Position numbers and translations under genes: made by a program
Part shown: positions 37,090 through 50,282 of the stretch, piece by piece
How the letters are laid out: every line of letters begins with the position of its first letter
Position numbering within the stretch: position 1 is the stretch's first letter
Notes under the pieces: generated by a model
What the model was told of the DNA's origin: nothing
The model's database searches: none
The model's input: only the letters and a program-made list of their open reading frames with translations
Assembly: GCF_006345805.1 (NCBI RefSeq)
Contig: NC_042999.1
Span: forward strand, 14,880,001-14,944,000
Length of the DNA: 64,000 nucleotides
Reading direction: 5' to 3'
Origin: Octopus sinensis
Taxonomy: Eukaryota

Positions 37090-37365
37090 AGGGCATTACT
37101 ATACATAAAGGCCACACGCTAAGAGGGACCTTAAAGTCAAAACTACCAAGTTAAATAAACGCGTATCGAATGCTAGGGAATGCAACTCACGAAGCGAGCC
37201 TTTTAAAAACAGAATTCTGTTTTTAAAAGGCTCACTTCGAGAGTTGCATTCGATACGATGTGTTTGTTTATTTTGGTAGTTTCGATACGAGGTGTTTATT
37301 TATTTTGGTAGTTTTGACTTTCAGAGTCCCTCTTAGCGTGAGGCATTCATGTATAGTGATGCCCT
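37090..37365. mobile_element. Fully palindromic MITE centred on GAATTC
   Basis: AGGGCATTACTATACAT...ATGTATAGTGATGCCCT; perfect inner palindrome GAGCCTTTTAAAAACAGAATTCTGTTTTTAAAAGGCTC. Confidence 0.8.
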
Positions 37366-37629
37366 CTATATAATATAAATAAATATATTTAAGAGAAAAA
37401 TTGATGGTTGTTTCTCTTATGAGGTTTTTCACGCTAACTACTTGATAAATTCTTACTTGGGGATTTAGACAATCTTGAATGTCGGTGTGAAAAGGTGAAG
37501 TTATTTACACTCTTTTTCAGCCCAACCTTTTTATCTGTGTTATAAGGGAAGGTCGTATAAGTGAATAACGTCATTTAGCAATTTCGAAGGATTTCCGGAA
37601 TTTAATTAAAAAAATTATTGTTGGGCGCA

Positions 37630-38037
37630 CTTACTCTTTTACTTGTTTCAGTCATTTGACTGCGACCATGCTGGAGCACCGCCTTTAGTCGAGCAAATCG
37701 ACCGCAGGACTTATTCTTTGTAAGCCCAGTACTTATTCTATCGGTCTCTTTTGCCGAACCGCTAAGTGACGGGGACGTAAACACACCAGCATCGGTTGTC
37801 AAGCAATGCTAGGAGGACAAACACAGATACACAAACATATACACACACACTTATATATATATATACATATATACGACAGGCTTCTTTCAGTTTCCGTCTA
37901 CCAAATCCCCTCGCAAGGCATTGGTCGGCCCAGGGCTATAGCAGAAGACACTTGCCCAAGATGCCATGCAGTGGGACTGAACCTGGAACCATGTGGTTGG
38001 TTAGCAAGCTACTTACCACACAGCCACTCCTGCGCCT
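37630..38037 (-). mobile_element. SINE family A, full length
   Basis: Reverse-complement match to consensus. Confidence 0.9.
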
Positions 38038-38601
38038 ATATAAACGAAATTTAAAATTTAGAGGATAAAAAACTTGACGTAAAAACAAGTATATTAATCT
38101 ACTAAAATTGATGACGTCACTACCTATCTAAATTTTATATATTCAGTGACATAATCAATTTTAGTAGATAAATATACAAATATACTCGTCAAAAAATATG
38201 GAATTAGTATGGTATTTTGACCGACAGATTTAAAAAATTATCTTTTGTAACTAAACACTTTCAAACTTCGTATACTAGTAGAATGTGTCACATAAAACAT
38301 CTTTTACTCTTGGTGTTGTTGAGAAAATTCTGTATTTTGGAAGTTATTTTTTGTTAAAGTTGTCGTATTTCGGTAATTTCAACCAATCAATGACGTGTAT
38401 TCAGCTGAATAAAATTACTGCTGTTGACCTACTATATGACCTACATTCGACTCCTCATTTGCATAATCACCAAACCTGGAGCTTATAGTCTGTCCATAGC
38501 ACTTACTCAGCATTACCTGACACCTTTGGGTCTTCTTGACACCATTACCTCTCATAACCTCAATATATATAAATGTAAGTATGTATGTATGTATGAATAT
38601 A

Positions 38602-38820
38602 TATTAGGTCATCCCATAAGTTCTGTCCGAATTTTGAAGAAAGAAAACAAGTGATCAAATGTTATATTTAATTGAAATTTAATCATCAATGTACTTTCCC
38701 TGATTATTTAAGACTTCCTTCCATCTATTTACAAGCTTTTTAATCCCATCAATGTAAAACGCTTTTGGTTTCAAAGCGAAGAACTCTGAAATGTGAGTTT
38801 CGACCTCTTCCTGGCTTGTC
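38602..38820 (-). mobile_element. Mariner 3' fragment with terminal repeat
   Basis: FFALKPKAFYIDGIKKLVNRWKEVLNNQGKYIDD is a typical mariner C-terminus; TA-TTAGGTCATCCCATAAGTT terminus. Confidence 0.8.
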
Positions 38821-39169
38821 ACAAGCAAACACACACACACACACGCGTCTGTATATATCAATGTATATCCATTCTATATGTATATATAGGCATAGGCATG
38901 GCTGTGTGAAGAAGCACAGACAAGAACCTTGCCTATCAAACTGCATGGTTCTGGGTTCAATCCCAGTGCGAGGCACTTTGGGCAAGTGTGTTTTACTATA
39001 TTGTGAGGGAACTTGGTTGAGAAATTGTATGGAAGCTCATTGTATGTGTGCCTGTGTATATGGGTGTATTTGTATTTGTCCCCTACATGACAGCCAGCGT
39101 TAGCTTGTTTATGTCTTTGCAACTTAGAGGTCCTCAGTGAGTCCAAGACTAAATATGTAAACAAGTGCC

Positions 39170-39780
39170 TGTCCAACAGTGATTTCATCATCCATACTCT
39201 CAACAATACACTCTTAAATATGGTTTCTGATTATAAATATCTTGGGTCCTACATATCATCATCTGAGAAAGATTTTCTAACTAGAAAGGGTATGGCCTGG
39301 TCAGCCTGTAATGATATGCATAAGATCTGGTCATCAAATCTAAGTAGAGATTTCAAACTTAAAATCTTCACAGCCACAGTCGAACCAATTCTACTATATG
39401 GCTCAGAAACCTGGACGTTATCAAAGAAGCTTGAGAGGCGGTTGGATGGAACTTACACTCGCCTCCTTATGAGAGCTCAAAATTTCTCATGGAAGCATCA
39501 TCTGACCAAAGTACAAATATATGGGAAATTACCACCTGTATCATCTCTTGATATTGTTGCTGGATATTGTTGTAGAGCTGAAAATGAGGTAATTTCTACT
39601 GTTCTCCTCTGGAAGCCATCTGCTCGCAATACCAGAGGGCGCACACTCTCCTACCCTGATGTAATCGCCAGGGATACAGGCATCCAGCAACAGGACCTCC
39701 GTAATGCTATGATGGACCGTGAGGTCTGGCGTTACATAGTAAATTCCATTGTCTCAACCATGGTCGAACAATGATGATGA
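39170..39780 (+). mobile_element. Second RTE-clade LINE family, 3' fragment
   Basis: ORF 39220-39774 with YKYLGS, EPILLYGSETWTL, AMMDREVWR; ends ATGATGATGA. Same family at 10650-10900 on minus. Confidence 0.88.
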
Positions 39781-40345
39781 CTTAGAAGTTTGACAAAAGA
39801 ATTTGATAGAATAAGTAGCTGAGTTAAAAGTAAGTCCTGGGGTTAATTTATTTGATTGACTTTATGAAACTGTAAAAGTGGTATGAGGCCCTCCACACCA
39901 AATATGTGCACTGCAGGTGGAAGATTATTCTCTACAGACAAGGTGCTCACGCTGAAGTAATTGTTGGAACATTTTCAGGCTCTCATCAATGCCACCTTCG
40001 ATATAATCCAGAAATGGATCACTTCTCACAACCATCAGGAATTAACAGAACTGTGCAGGATTCCAACCACAGAAAACACAGTCGAAAAATAGAAAGTCAT
40101 CAGGGACTCATGAAGTCCTTTCAGAATCAGGGAAGAATTAGGGCTCCAAGGTTGTACACCAAACATCAGTTTTTTTCTCTGCTACAGGTTGCAAAGACAA
40201 CTAACTCAGGATTTCCATAATGCAATCATCGCCTGGAAGCCACTCTTTGTCAATGATAATGAATTTGTTGTTCGCATATAGACCACCCTGTAGCGTATAA
40301 CATCCTTCTGCCTAGATCTTTGAAATGGAAATCAGCATAGATTTA

Positions 40346-40514
40346 GGTGTAGGTGTGGCTGTGTAGTAAGTAGCTTGCTTACCAACTACACGGTTCAGGG
40401 TTCAGTCCCACTGCATGTCACCTTGGGCAAGTGTCATCTACTATAGCTTCGAGCCGACCAAAGCCTTGTGAGTGGATTTGGTTGACAGAAACTGAAAGAA
40501 GCCCGTCGTATATA

Positions 40515-40556
<42 letters not shown>

Positions 40557-40830
40557 ATATATATTATATATATATATATGTATGTATATATTTATGTATG
40601 CATGTGTGTATATGTTTGTGTGTCTGTGTTTGTCTCCCAAACATCGCTTGACAACTGATGCTGGTGTGTTTACGTCCCCGTAACTTATCGGTTCGGCAAA
40701 AGAGACTGATAGAATAAGTACTAGGCTTACAAAGAATAAGTCCTGGGATCGATTTGCTCAATCGACTAAAGGCGGTGCTCCAGCATGGCCACAGTCAAAT
40801 GACTGAAACAAGTAAAAGAGTAAAAGAGTA
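40346..40830 (+). mobile_element. SINE family A, full length
   Basis: Match to consensus with expanded internal (TA)n. Confidence 0.9.
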
Positions 40831-40834
40831 TAGA

Positions 40835-42345
40835 GTTAAGTTCCTTTAATAGAATTTGCCACCAATACCTAATGGCTGTTCTCACAGTAGACAGTTTTGG
40901 TCCTGTCCTCAATGACTGAGTTGTCACATTGTGCTATGACATCTGTTTGATGGCCAGAGTAAATGGCCATTTATTGGAAATGTTCAGTACCATGCACTTA
41001 GTCCACCAAGATTGTTTCCTTTCACTTCCATATATACTGATTCTGGGGCTGCTTCTTTGGAAAATAGAGACTTTAAGGGGCATCCTATGTGAAGTAAGAC
41101 CTGAAAGATTTGGGTTGGCATGTGTTGACAATGTTACTATAATAGTATCAGATGGCGCAAGAATGTATCTAGTGGATGTGTCTGAAAGGATTAGAGATGA
41201 ACACTTCCCTCTCTAGTCAATCTCTCACCAACTTCTTCAAGTATCACTTGAAAAGGAAAGTGAAAGTAGAGAGGCAAGTTTTGTCTAGCAAATGTTTAAA
41301 AAAAAGATAGGTGAATGTAGCAAGGATGGCACTTATGAATGATGAAACCACCTTGAGCATAATCCTACGAACGTGAAAAACTTTAAAACAGAGAATTACT
41401 TACTTGCAAATAAATGTGTTAACATGTGACATTATTGACCGAGGTTACCGTGGTCTTTTCCATAGGCTTTTCTTTCCACGGATAAACCTTATCTGCTTCC
41501 CCCTTTACACTTTACATCATGACATTCCTGTGATACATGATCCCTATTGATAATTTTTTCCTTTTTTATTTCTTTCCTTTTTACAATCCCTTTTGATCGA
41601 AAACCTACTCCACTTTTTTTTTTCTCTCCCCAAAAAGAAAAGCTCTACTTTGTAATTTGTCCCGTCTGTGTTCAGCCCTGTGTGGCTAATAAAGAAACAT
41701 ATAGTATCAGACACCAAGCACATTGAGGTAATCAGTATTGGCGCAGGAGTGGCTGTGTGGTAAGTAGCTTGCTAACCAACCATTTGGTTCTGGGTTCAGT
41801 CCCACTGCGTGGCATCTTGGGCAAGTATCTTCTGCTATAGCCTCGGGCTGACCAAAGCCTTGTGAGTGGATTTGGTAGACGGAAACTGAAAGAAGCCTGT
41901 CGTATATATGTATATATATATGTATGTGTCTGTATATGTTTGTGTGTCTGTGTTTGTCCCTCTAGCATTGCTTGACAACCGATGCTGGTATGTTTATGTC
42001 CCCGTCACTTAGCGGTTCGGCAAAAGAGACCGATAGAATAAGTACTGGGCTTACAAAGAATAAGACCCGGGGTTGATTTGCTTGACTAAAGGCGGTGCTC
42101 CAGCATGGCTGCAGTCAAATGACTGAAACAAGTAAAAGAGAGAAAGAGAGATTGCTCTATGGGACTACAGGGCAGTGACAGGAGCAGAAATTAATCAGGG
42201 AAAATCAGAGGGCCTGCACTTGGAGAAGCAGATCTATGCAATTCAGCAATTTGTGGGGCACTGGATGGACAGACTGGTTAACTTGTTCAGGATTTGGTTT
42301 AGTCCAGATCTTCAGGAGGACAAGAACTGGGATGATTTGAGTTGA
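40835..42345 (+). mobile_element. L1/Tx1-clade LINE fragments (RT and 3' UTR), rearranged and interrupted by a SINE
   Basis: VNGHL..F....VHQDCFLS (GVRQGCPLS-like), ACVDNVTIIV (YADD-like), YRAVTGAEINQGKS; UTR ending CTGTGTGGCTAATAAAGAAAC near 41700. Confidence 0.65.
41740..42145 (+). mobile_element. SINE family A, full length
   Basis: Match to consensus. Confidence 0.9.
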
Positions 42346-42499
42346 GTCAAGACTATTTCAGGTGTTGATGTGTTGACGTAATATAGCATACCACAATAGC
42401 ATGATTCAAAATATTTATATTCCTGCATAAAATATGACTAATATTATTTAATTACTGTAGAGAATATGAGACAACAAAAGTTATTTTTGGATATATGTA

Positions 42500-43840
42500 A
42501 ACTTCCCCATTACCAGGCTAACATGCGAAAGCATGTCCTGTGATGAGGCTCCAGCTGGGGGAGTTTGGGGATTATGGAGAACAATATCAGACAATACAAT
42601 TCTACATTTCAAATGACATCATTTGGTGCATCTAAGGAGGTAGTTGAACATGGATTTATGCCAATGTTCAAAGTTCAAGGTCAAGTCTATCACCTCATTG
42701 CTTCCCTGTTACTCACAAATGAACAACTACACTTCCTTCAAATTTACTTCGTGAAGAGGTAGACCCAGGAAAACTTGGGACGAGGTGGTGAAGCATGACC
42801 TTTGAACTTTGGGTCTCACTGAGGAAATGACCTGCGACCGAGACCTTTGGAAATATGCTGTGCGTGAGAAGACCAGGCAGGACAAGTGAGTCCAGCCCAC
42901 TTATGCATGCCTTTCCTCCCTTGGACACACAAAGACCTATTGAGGCAAGCGAAGTCAATATCGAACCTCATCCGACGACAGGCACCTATGCCAACCCCTA
43001 TGCAAAGACCTGTTGGGGCAAGTGAAATCGGAATCGGAATCGAAATTGAACCAATCCTATGACTTGCACCCGGCAGATGCCAGGACCCCTGGACTGGAGA
43101 TACATAAAAAGCACTATCCGAATCGTGGCTGATGCCAGCGCCGCCTCGACTGGCTTCCATGTCGGTGGCACGTAAAAAGCACCATCCGAATCGTGGCCGA
43201 AGCCAGTGCCGCCTCGACTGGCTTCCGTGCAGGTGGCACGTAAAATGCACCAATCCAACCGTGGCCGATACCAGCCTCGCCTGGCTCCAGTGCAGGTGGC
43301 ACGTAAAAAGCACCCACTACACTCATGGAGTGGTTGGCGTTAGGAAGGGCATCCAGCTGTAGAAACATTGCCAGATAAGACCGGAGCCTGGTGCAGCCTT
43401 CTGGCTTCCCAGATCCCCGGTCGGACCGTCCAACCCATGCTAGCATGGAGAACAGACGTTAAACGATGAGGATGATGATGATGAATGACATAGGACAACA
43501 AACCTGAAGGAGGTGTCAATATTTCAGATGATGGGTCATGTTAGATACAGCGCCAACTGCCGCAAAAGTGGGTCTATTCACTGACAGCTTTGCGATGTGT
43601 TCAAAAAATCACATACCCCATATACCCAATTTCCATGACTGGTTAGGGCCTGGAGTACTCCAAACAGGCATGGCTTGTCGCTTACTTGAATTAGCCCATC
43701 ATTTACTCCACAAATGATGCACTTAATCATTTACTCCACAATGCTGCACTTTCCCGTATCACCTGTTCCAACACAACTGTAATATATTATATACAAACAA
43801 TGCCATTTTAATCCCAAGCAATGCCGGGTATCTCTGCTAG
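42500..43840 (+). mobile_element. Helitron remnant with RepHel N-terminal fragment and 3' hairpin-CTAG end
   Basis: NIRQYNSTFQMTSFG...FKVQGQVYHLIASLL (42565-42750); CCCAAGCAATGCCGGG...CTAG at 43812-43840. 5' boundary uncertain. Confidence 0.75.
42757..43483 (+). mobile_element. RTE LINE 3' end (ORF stop region plus 3' UTR), inserted in a Helitron remnant
   Basis: RGRPRKTWDEVVKHDL...DRDLWKYAVREKTRQD matches the copy at 55 kb; ends GTTAAACGATGAGGATGATG. Confidence 0.88.
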
Positions 43841-44296
43841 TATATATATATATATATATATAAAATATGAATTAGAGATAAAACCACTATTATGCAACAC
43901 AAACAGTGATAGACATAAACCAATACATAATTAACAAATAATATAAAAATAATTAATATAATATAAAATATATATATATATAAATATAATTTTTTTTATA
44001 TTATATATATATATATATATATGAAGGGGTTTGTATGATTGTGAATTGAGGAATATATATATATATATTCAAAGGAATTCCAACTCTGTTTTTTATGTTT
44101 TATTTATATTCTTTATAATATTAATGTAGGATATAGAATATATAATATAAATAGTATATATAGTAAAATGAAATGAAGTATTGGTTGTCTTATTGAATAG
44201 ATGAAATATTGAGTATCAAATATTAGGGGACTAGTATACTTTCTTGCATTTAAGAAGTCTTCAAGGTCCCAGGTTGTGACAGGAATGTTTCAACTG

Positions 44297-44384
<88 letters not shown>

Positions 44385-44700
44385 CAGTAAATTATTTAAA
44401 ATAATTTAAAATAATATAAATTAATTAATTTTATGTATTGGCTTAAGTTTTTAATTGTTTGATTTGCCTAATAGTGGTTTTATCTCTAATTTAATATAAT
44501 AATATTTTACTATAAAATTGGATTCAATCCTAAATCTGATTTTTCCCTGGAAGTTTGGATTTATTCCCTAATATTTTATTATTAATTTATATATATATAT
44601 ATTTATATATATATATATATTGATTATAATCATCCCATTTGTTTTATATGGCTAATACCATACCAAATTCTGGTGCCTTTAACTTAAGTACCATATTCAT

Positions 44701-44771
<71 letters not shown>

Positions 44772-45381
44772 CATGAAGAGAGAGAGAGGTGGGGGGTTCC
44801 TGCAGGGAATTTAGTTGATTAGTAGCAAGAACAGAATGCGAAAAAATAAAAAATAGCTTTTGCATTCAAGCAAGTTTCTCCTTCACATCTTTTTCTGTCC
44901 TTTCTCCTGATACCTCTCTCCCTCTCTCTCACTCTCTCTTCCACTCTCTCTGGCTGGGTAACCATGTACTTCCTCTACAGCAAGACACCTGCTTCCGCCT
45001 CATTGTCACACTCTAATCTTTCATCATCTGACACAAGATCACCTCTTTCGATGCCCCCATCCCTCTCAAAAATCCTTGTCTTGCAAGCTACTTTGTGACC
45101 CTGCCAGTGCTGGTCCTCTCAGTGCATCCGGTCCTCACTGTAAAGTGGATAGCATTTGGAAGAGCATCAAGCTGTAAAAAACATGTTAAAACTGACCTCA
45201 CCCATGCTGATACCATGTAAAAAGCATTCAATCCACTCTTCAGGGAGGTTCACATTAGGTTGGGCATCCAGCTGTAAAAACCATGCCAAAACAGATGCAG
45301 TAACTTGGGGTAGTCTTCTAGCTGACCACCCCCTGTGAAACTGTCCAACCCATGCTAACATAGAAGGCAGATAGTGATGAA

Positions 45382-45803
45382 GGCGTTGAGCTGGCAGAAT
45401 CGTTAGCATGCTGGGCGAAATGCATAGCGGTATTTCGTCTGTCTTTACGTTCTGAGTTCAAATTCCGCCGAGGTTGACTTTGCCTTTCATCCTTTCGGGG
45501 TCGATAAATTAAGTACCAGTTATGCATTGGGGTCGATATAATCGACTTAATCAGTTTGTATGTCCTTGTTTGTCCTATCTGTGTTTAGCTCCTTGTGGGT
45601 AGTAAAGAAATAGGTATTTCGTCTGTCTTTACGTTCTGAGTTCAAATTCCGCTGAGGTTGACTTTGCTTTTCATCCTTTCGGGGTCGATAAAATAAGTAC
45701 CAGTTACTCACTGGGGTCGAAATAATTGACTTAATCCGTTTGTTTTGTCTATCCTTGTTTGTGCCCTCTGTGTGTAGTCCCTTGTGGGAAATAAAGAAAT
45801 AAG
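45382..45803 (+). mobile_element. SINE family B with body repeated twice
   Basis: Same AAAGAAATA|GGTATTTCGTCTG junction as the 31 kb array. Confidence 0.85.
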
Positions 45804-45807
45804 ATAG

Positions 45808-45874
<67 letters not shown>

Positions 45875-45878
45875 AATG
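45808..45878. repeat. (GAT)n microsatellite
   Basis: Read directly; a similar tract is at 63855-63958. Confidence 0.95.
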
Positions 45879-46105
45879 ATTGTATAAGTTTTCACTTGAA
45901 ATTCTTTCATTGGCAAAAACCCAACTTTCTTTTTATCGTTAACAACTTGAAACAGGATGTTATTTTTATGACAGCACAGCAAAACAGACTTATACACATA
46001 TATACACATACACACATACAAACATAAATACATGCATACATACATATAGATATATATATATCATCATCATTATCATCATTGTTTATATATACATACATAC
46101 ATATA

Positions 46106-46591
46106 TCATCATCATCATCATCGTTTAACGTCCGTTTTCCATGCTACCATGGGTTGGACGGTTCGATCGGGGTCTGGGAAGCCAGGAGGCTGCACCAGGC
46201 TCCAGTCTGATCTGGCAGTGTTTCTACAGCTGGATGCCCTTCCTAACGCCAACCACTCCGTGAGTGTAGTGGGTGCTTTTTACGTGCCACCGGCACAGAA
46301 GCCAGTCGAGGCGGCACTGGCATCGGTCACGTTTGGATGGTGCTTTTTACATGCCACTGGCACAGAAGCCAGTCAAGGCGGTGCTGGCATCGGCCACGTT
46401 CGGATGGTGCTTTCTACGTACCACCGGCACAGGTATCACAACTACTATTTCCATTTGATATTTATTTCGATGTTCATGTACTTGACTCAATAGGTCTCCT
46501 CAAGCACAGCAGGTTGTTCTGAAATCCAAGATACTTTGAATGGGCTGAGGCTATGCGGAACTGGTGCAGGAAGCAGCCCGGGTCTTTGCAG

Positions 46592-46622
<31 letters not shown>

Positions 46623-47125
46623 TCATCACCATCGTTTAACGTCCGTTTTCCATGCTAGCATGGGTTTGTGAACACCTGACAAATGAAGTGAGTTCATCGC
46701 TCGCAGGATGGCCTGCTGTGCTAACCTTGGATCATAAGGTGACACGCTGCGCTTGAGGAGAGCTACTGAGTCAAGTACATCAAAATCAACATCAAAATAA
46801 AAAAATCAAATGGAAATTGTAGTTGTGACCCCCGTGCTTGTGGCACATAAAAAGCACCATTCGAACGTGGCCGATGCCAACACTGCTTGACTGGCATCCG
46901 TGTCGGTAACATGTAAAAAGCACCAACCGATCGTGGCCATTTGCCAGCCTCCCCTGGCACGTAAAAACCACCCACTATACTCACGGAGTGGTTGGTGTTA
47001 GGAAGGGCATCCAGCTGTAGAAACATTGCCAGATCAGACTGGAGCCTGACGCAGCCTCCTTGCTTCCCAAACCCCGGTCGAACCATCCAACCCATGCTAG
47101 CATGGAAAACAGACGATGATGATGA
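46106..47125. mobile_element. Cluster of RTE 3' UTR copies in opposite orientations (46106-46590 minus, short 46620-46665 minus, 46745-47125 plus)
   Basis: Terminal CCATGCTA(G/C)CATGG and (CAT)n/(ATG)n tails at both outer ends. Confidence 0.8.
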
Positions 47126-47214
47126 TACATACATTTAAATACGCACGCACATATATATTACACACACACATATATATATATATATACATACAGTATGTAT
47201 ACGTGCAGTAGTCA

Positions 47215-47422
47215 TTCTTTTATTTGTTTCAGTCATTTGACTGTGGCCATGCTGGAGCACCACCTTTAGACGAGCAACTCAACCCCAGGACTTATTCTTT
47301 GTAAGCCTAGTACTTATTCTATCGGTCTCTCTTGCCGAATTGCTAAGTGACGGGTATGTAAACACACCAGCAGCGGTTGTCAAGCGATGTTGGGGGGTGG
47401 GGAACACAGACACAAACATATG

Positions 47423-47453
<31 letters not shown>

Positions 47454-47862
47454 GTTTAGCGTCCGTTTGAACGATGATGATGATGATGATGATGATGCAT
47501 ATGTTTGTGTCTGTGTTCCCCACCCCCCCCAACATCGCTTGACAACCGCTGCTGGTGTGTTTACATACCCGTCACTTAGCAATTCGGCAAGAGAGACCGA
47601 TAGAATAAGTACTAGGCTTACAAAAAATAAGTCCTGGGGTTGAGTTGCTCGTCTAAAGGTGGTGCTCCAGCATGGCCACAGTCAAATGACTGATATATAT
47701 ACGACGGGCTTCTTTCAGTTTCCATCTACCAAATCCACTCACAAGGCTTTGGTCGGCCCGAGGCTATAGTAGAAGACACTTGCCCAAGGTGCCATGCAGT
47801 GGGACTGAACCTGGAACCATGTGGTTGATAAATAGGCTACTTACCACACAGCCACTACTGCA
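47215..47862 (-). mobile_element. SINE family A containing an internal inverted duplication
   Basis: 3' half at 47215-47421, inverted copy of it at about 47498-47693, 5' half at 47694-47862. Confidence 0.9.
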
Positions 47863-47960
47863 CCGATCTATTTATTTTTTGTGTTAAAGCCTGCTATTTA
47901 TTCTTTCGGCTCTTTTGTAAACGCCCTAGTACCAGTTATCAAGTGGTGGTAGTGAGTAAA

Positions 47961-48006
<46 letters not shown>

Positions 48007-48129
48007 TACACATATATCATCATCATTAAATGATGATGATGATGATGATTATATATACATATATCATCACCATCATCATCATCATCATCATCATCATCGT
48101 TAAATGATGATGATGATATAAATATATAC

Positions 48130-48524
48130 CGAAATCGATCAATGGAAATCGATCAATGGAAATTGCAGATGTGTTACCAGTGCCGGTGGCATGTAAGAGA
48201 ACTTTCCGTTTCGCGACCGTTGCCAGCACCGCCCCGTTTCGTGTCCGTTGCCAGCCTCGCCTGGCCCTCGTGCCGGTGGCACATAAAAAGCACCATCCGT
48301 TCGTGGCCGTTTGCCAGCTCTGTCTGTCCACCAGTGCGGGTGGCACGTAAAAAGCACCCACTACACTCACGGAGTGGTTGGCGTTAGGAAGGGCATCCAG
48401 CCGTAGAAACACTGCCAGATTTGACTGGGCCTGATGAAGCCTTCTGGCTTCACAGACCCCAGTAAAACCGTCCAACCCATGCTAGCATGGAAAACGGACG
48501 CTAAACGATGATGATGATGATGAT
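48130..48524 (+). mobile_element. RTE 3' UTR-only copy
   Basis: Ends GGACGCTAAACGATGATG. Confidence 0.8.
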
Positions 48525-48525
48525 G

Positions 48526-48556
<31 letters not shown>

Positions 48557-50282
48557 GCGTGCCTATGTTTATATATATCTATATCTAAATATGTGAGTGT
48601 GTGTGTGAACATACATGTGTGCATAGATTTGAGAATAAATATATATCAAACAATGATGACATATATATATATATATATATCTTCACAAATTATTAAAACG
48701 TATATGTTCACACGCGCACACACACACACACACATATTTAGATATCAGTATATGTAAACATAAACAGATCCACACACACAACCACATGCACACACACACA
48801 CACAACACACACACGTCCACGCCTCCATTCACACACTTTTAAATACCACTGAACTTCTGGGTTTTCCCAGTAAGTAGATATGGAGGGAAATATCAGTCAC
48901 AGGAAAAACCCAGTGTGAAAACCAGATTATGTAAATATTTCTCTTTTCTTTTATCTTTTACTTGTTTGATGCACTTTATTGAGGCCATGCTGGATCACTG
49001 CTTTGAAAGGTTGAATTCAGGAGTGACCCAACTGATCCCACAGGCTGATAGACTCTTTTGTAAAAAATTATAAAATTTACACAGAAAATTGTATATATAT
49101 TTGTGACATAGGTCATGTTTCCACTACGACTTAAAAATAGTCAGAAATCAGCTGACAATTGTCATTTGAAGGGAATTTTTGTTACCGCTATAAAACCCAT
49201 GTTGCTAAGTTTGTACCAACCCCTTGAGACCCAACTACACTCTAGCTGAAAAATATAGGATACCTCATCATCATCATCATTTAGCGTCCGTTTTCCATGC
49301 TAGCATGGGTTGGACGGTTCAACTGGGGTCTGTGAAGCTGGAAGGATTAATATAAATGACCTAAATTCAGTGGCGGCGTTAACGAAGATGTTATGCATTA
49401 ATTTAATGTGTTAAACCTATTTTTATTAATGTGTATTGAGTTAGATATATGAGTTAGAACTTGTGATCCGCCCACGGACCTTTTTCTTTAGAAATTTTTG
49501 CCTGCCGCACTGAAAAGCTCCCCGACCCCTGGTTTAATCAATCCTAGGACTTAGTATTTTTTTGTTTTCAGTCTAGTACTTATTGTATTGATCTCTTATG
49601 CTGGACTATTAAGTTACACATCAATACCAACTGTCAAGTGGTGGTGCAGGACAAACACACACACATAGATACATAAGTATATGTCCCTGTAAACTGAGTG
49701 GTTCAGCAAAAGGCATGAGGCTTACAAAGAATAAATCCTGGGGTTGATTTATTCAACTAAAGGCAATGCTCCAGCATGGTCACAGTCACATGACTAAAAA
49801 AAGTAAAACAATAAAAAACTAAACCATTTTAATCCCGAGCAATGCCAGGCATCTCTGCTTGTGTGCTGAGACCCCCCTTGGTCATGAATGTTTTGTACTT
49901 GATTCTTGGTGAGTCACCTTATTTCTTATGTGAGAAGTATTCTACATTATAACCCAGTTTCTCATGTAGGCGAGTTGTGAATCACAACAACCGAAATGTA
50001 TTTGAATGGGAATGAGGGAAACAGACTAAAACGTAAGGTACCTTTTTGACACAGTGTCATCATCATCATCATCATCATCATTTAGCGTCCGCTTTCCATG
50101 CTAGCATGGGTTGGACAGTTCAAATGGGGTCTGGGAAGCCAGAAGGCTGCGCCAGGCTCCAGTCTGATCTGGCAGTGTTTCTACAGCTGGATGCCCTTCC
50201 TAACGCCAATCACTCCGTGAGTGTAGTGGGTGCTTTTTACGTGCCACCGGCATGGGGGCCAGACGAGGCTGGCAAATGGCCA

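Noticed and set aside
46149-46493. Recurring ORFs such as QSDLAVFLQLDALPNANHS and [34 protein letters not shown]
   Set aside because: Antisense translations of the RTE UTR and SINE A; recurrence reflects repeat copy number, and frames break between copies.
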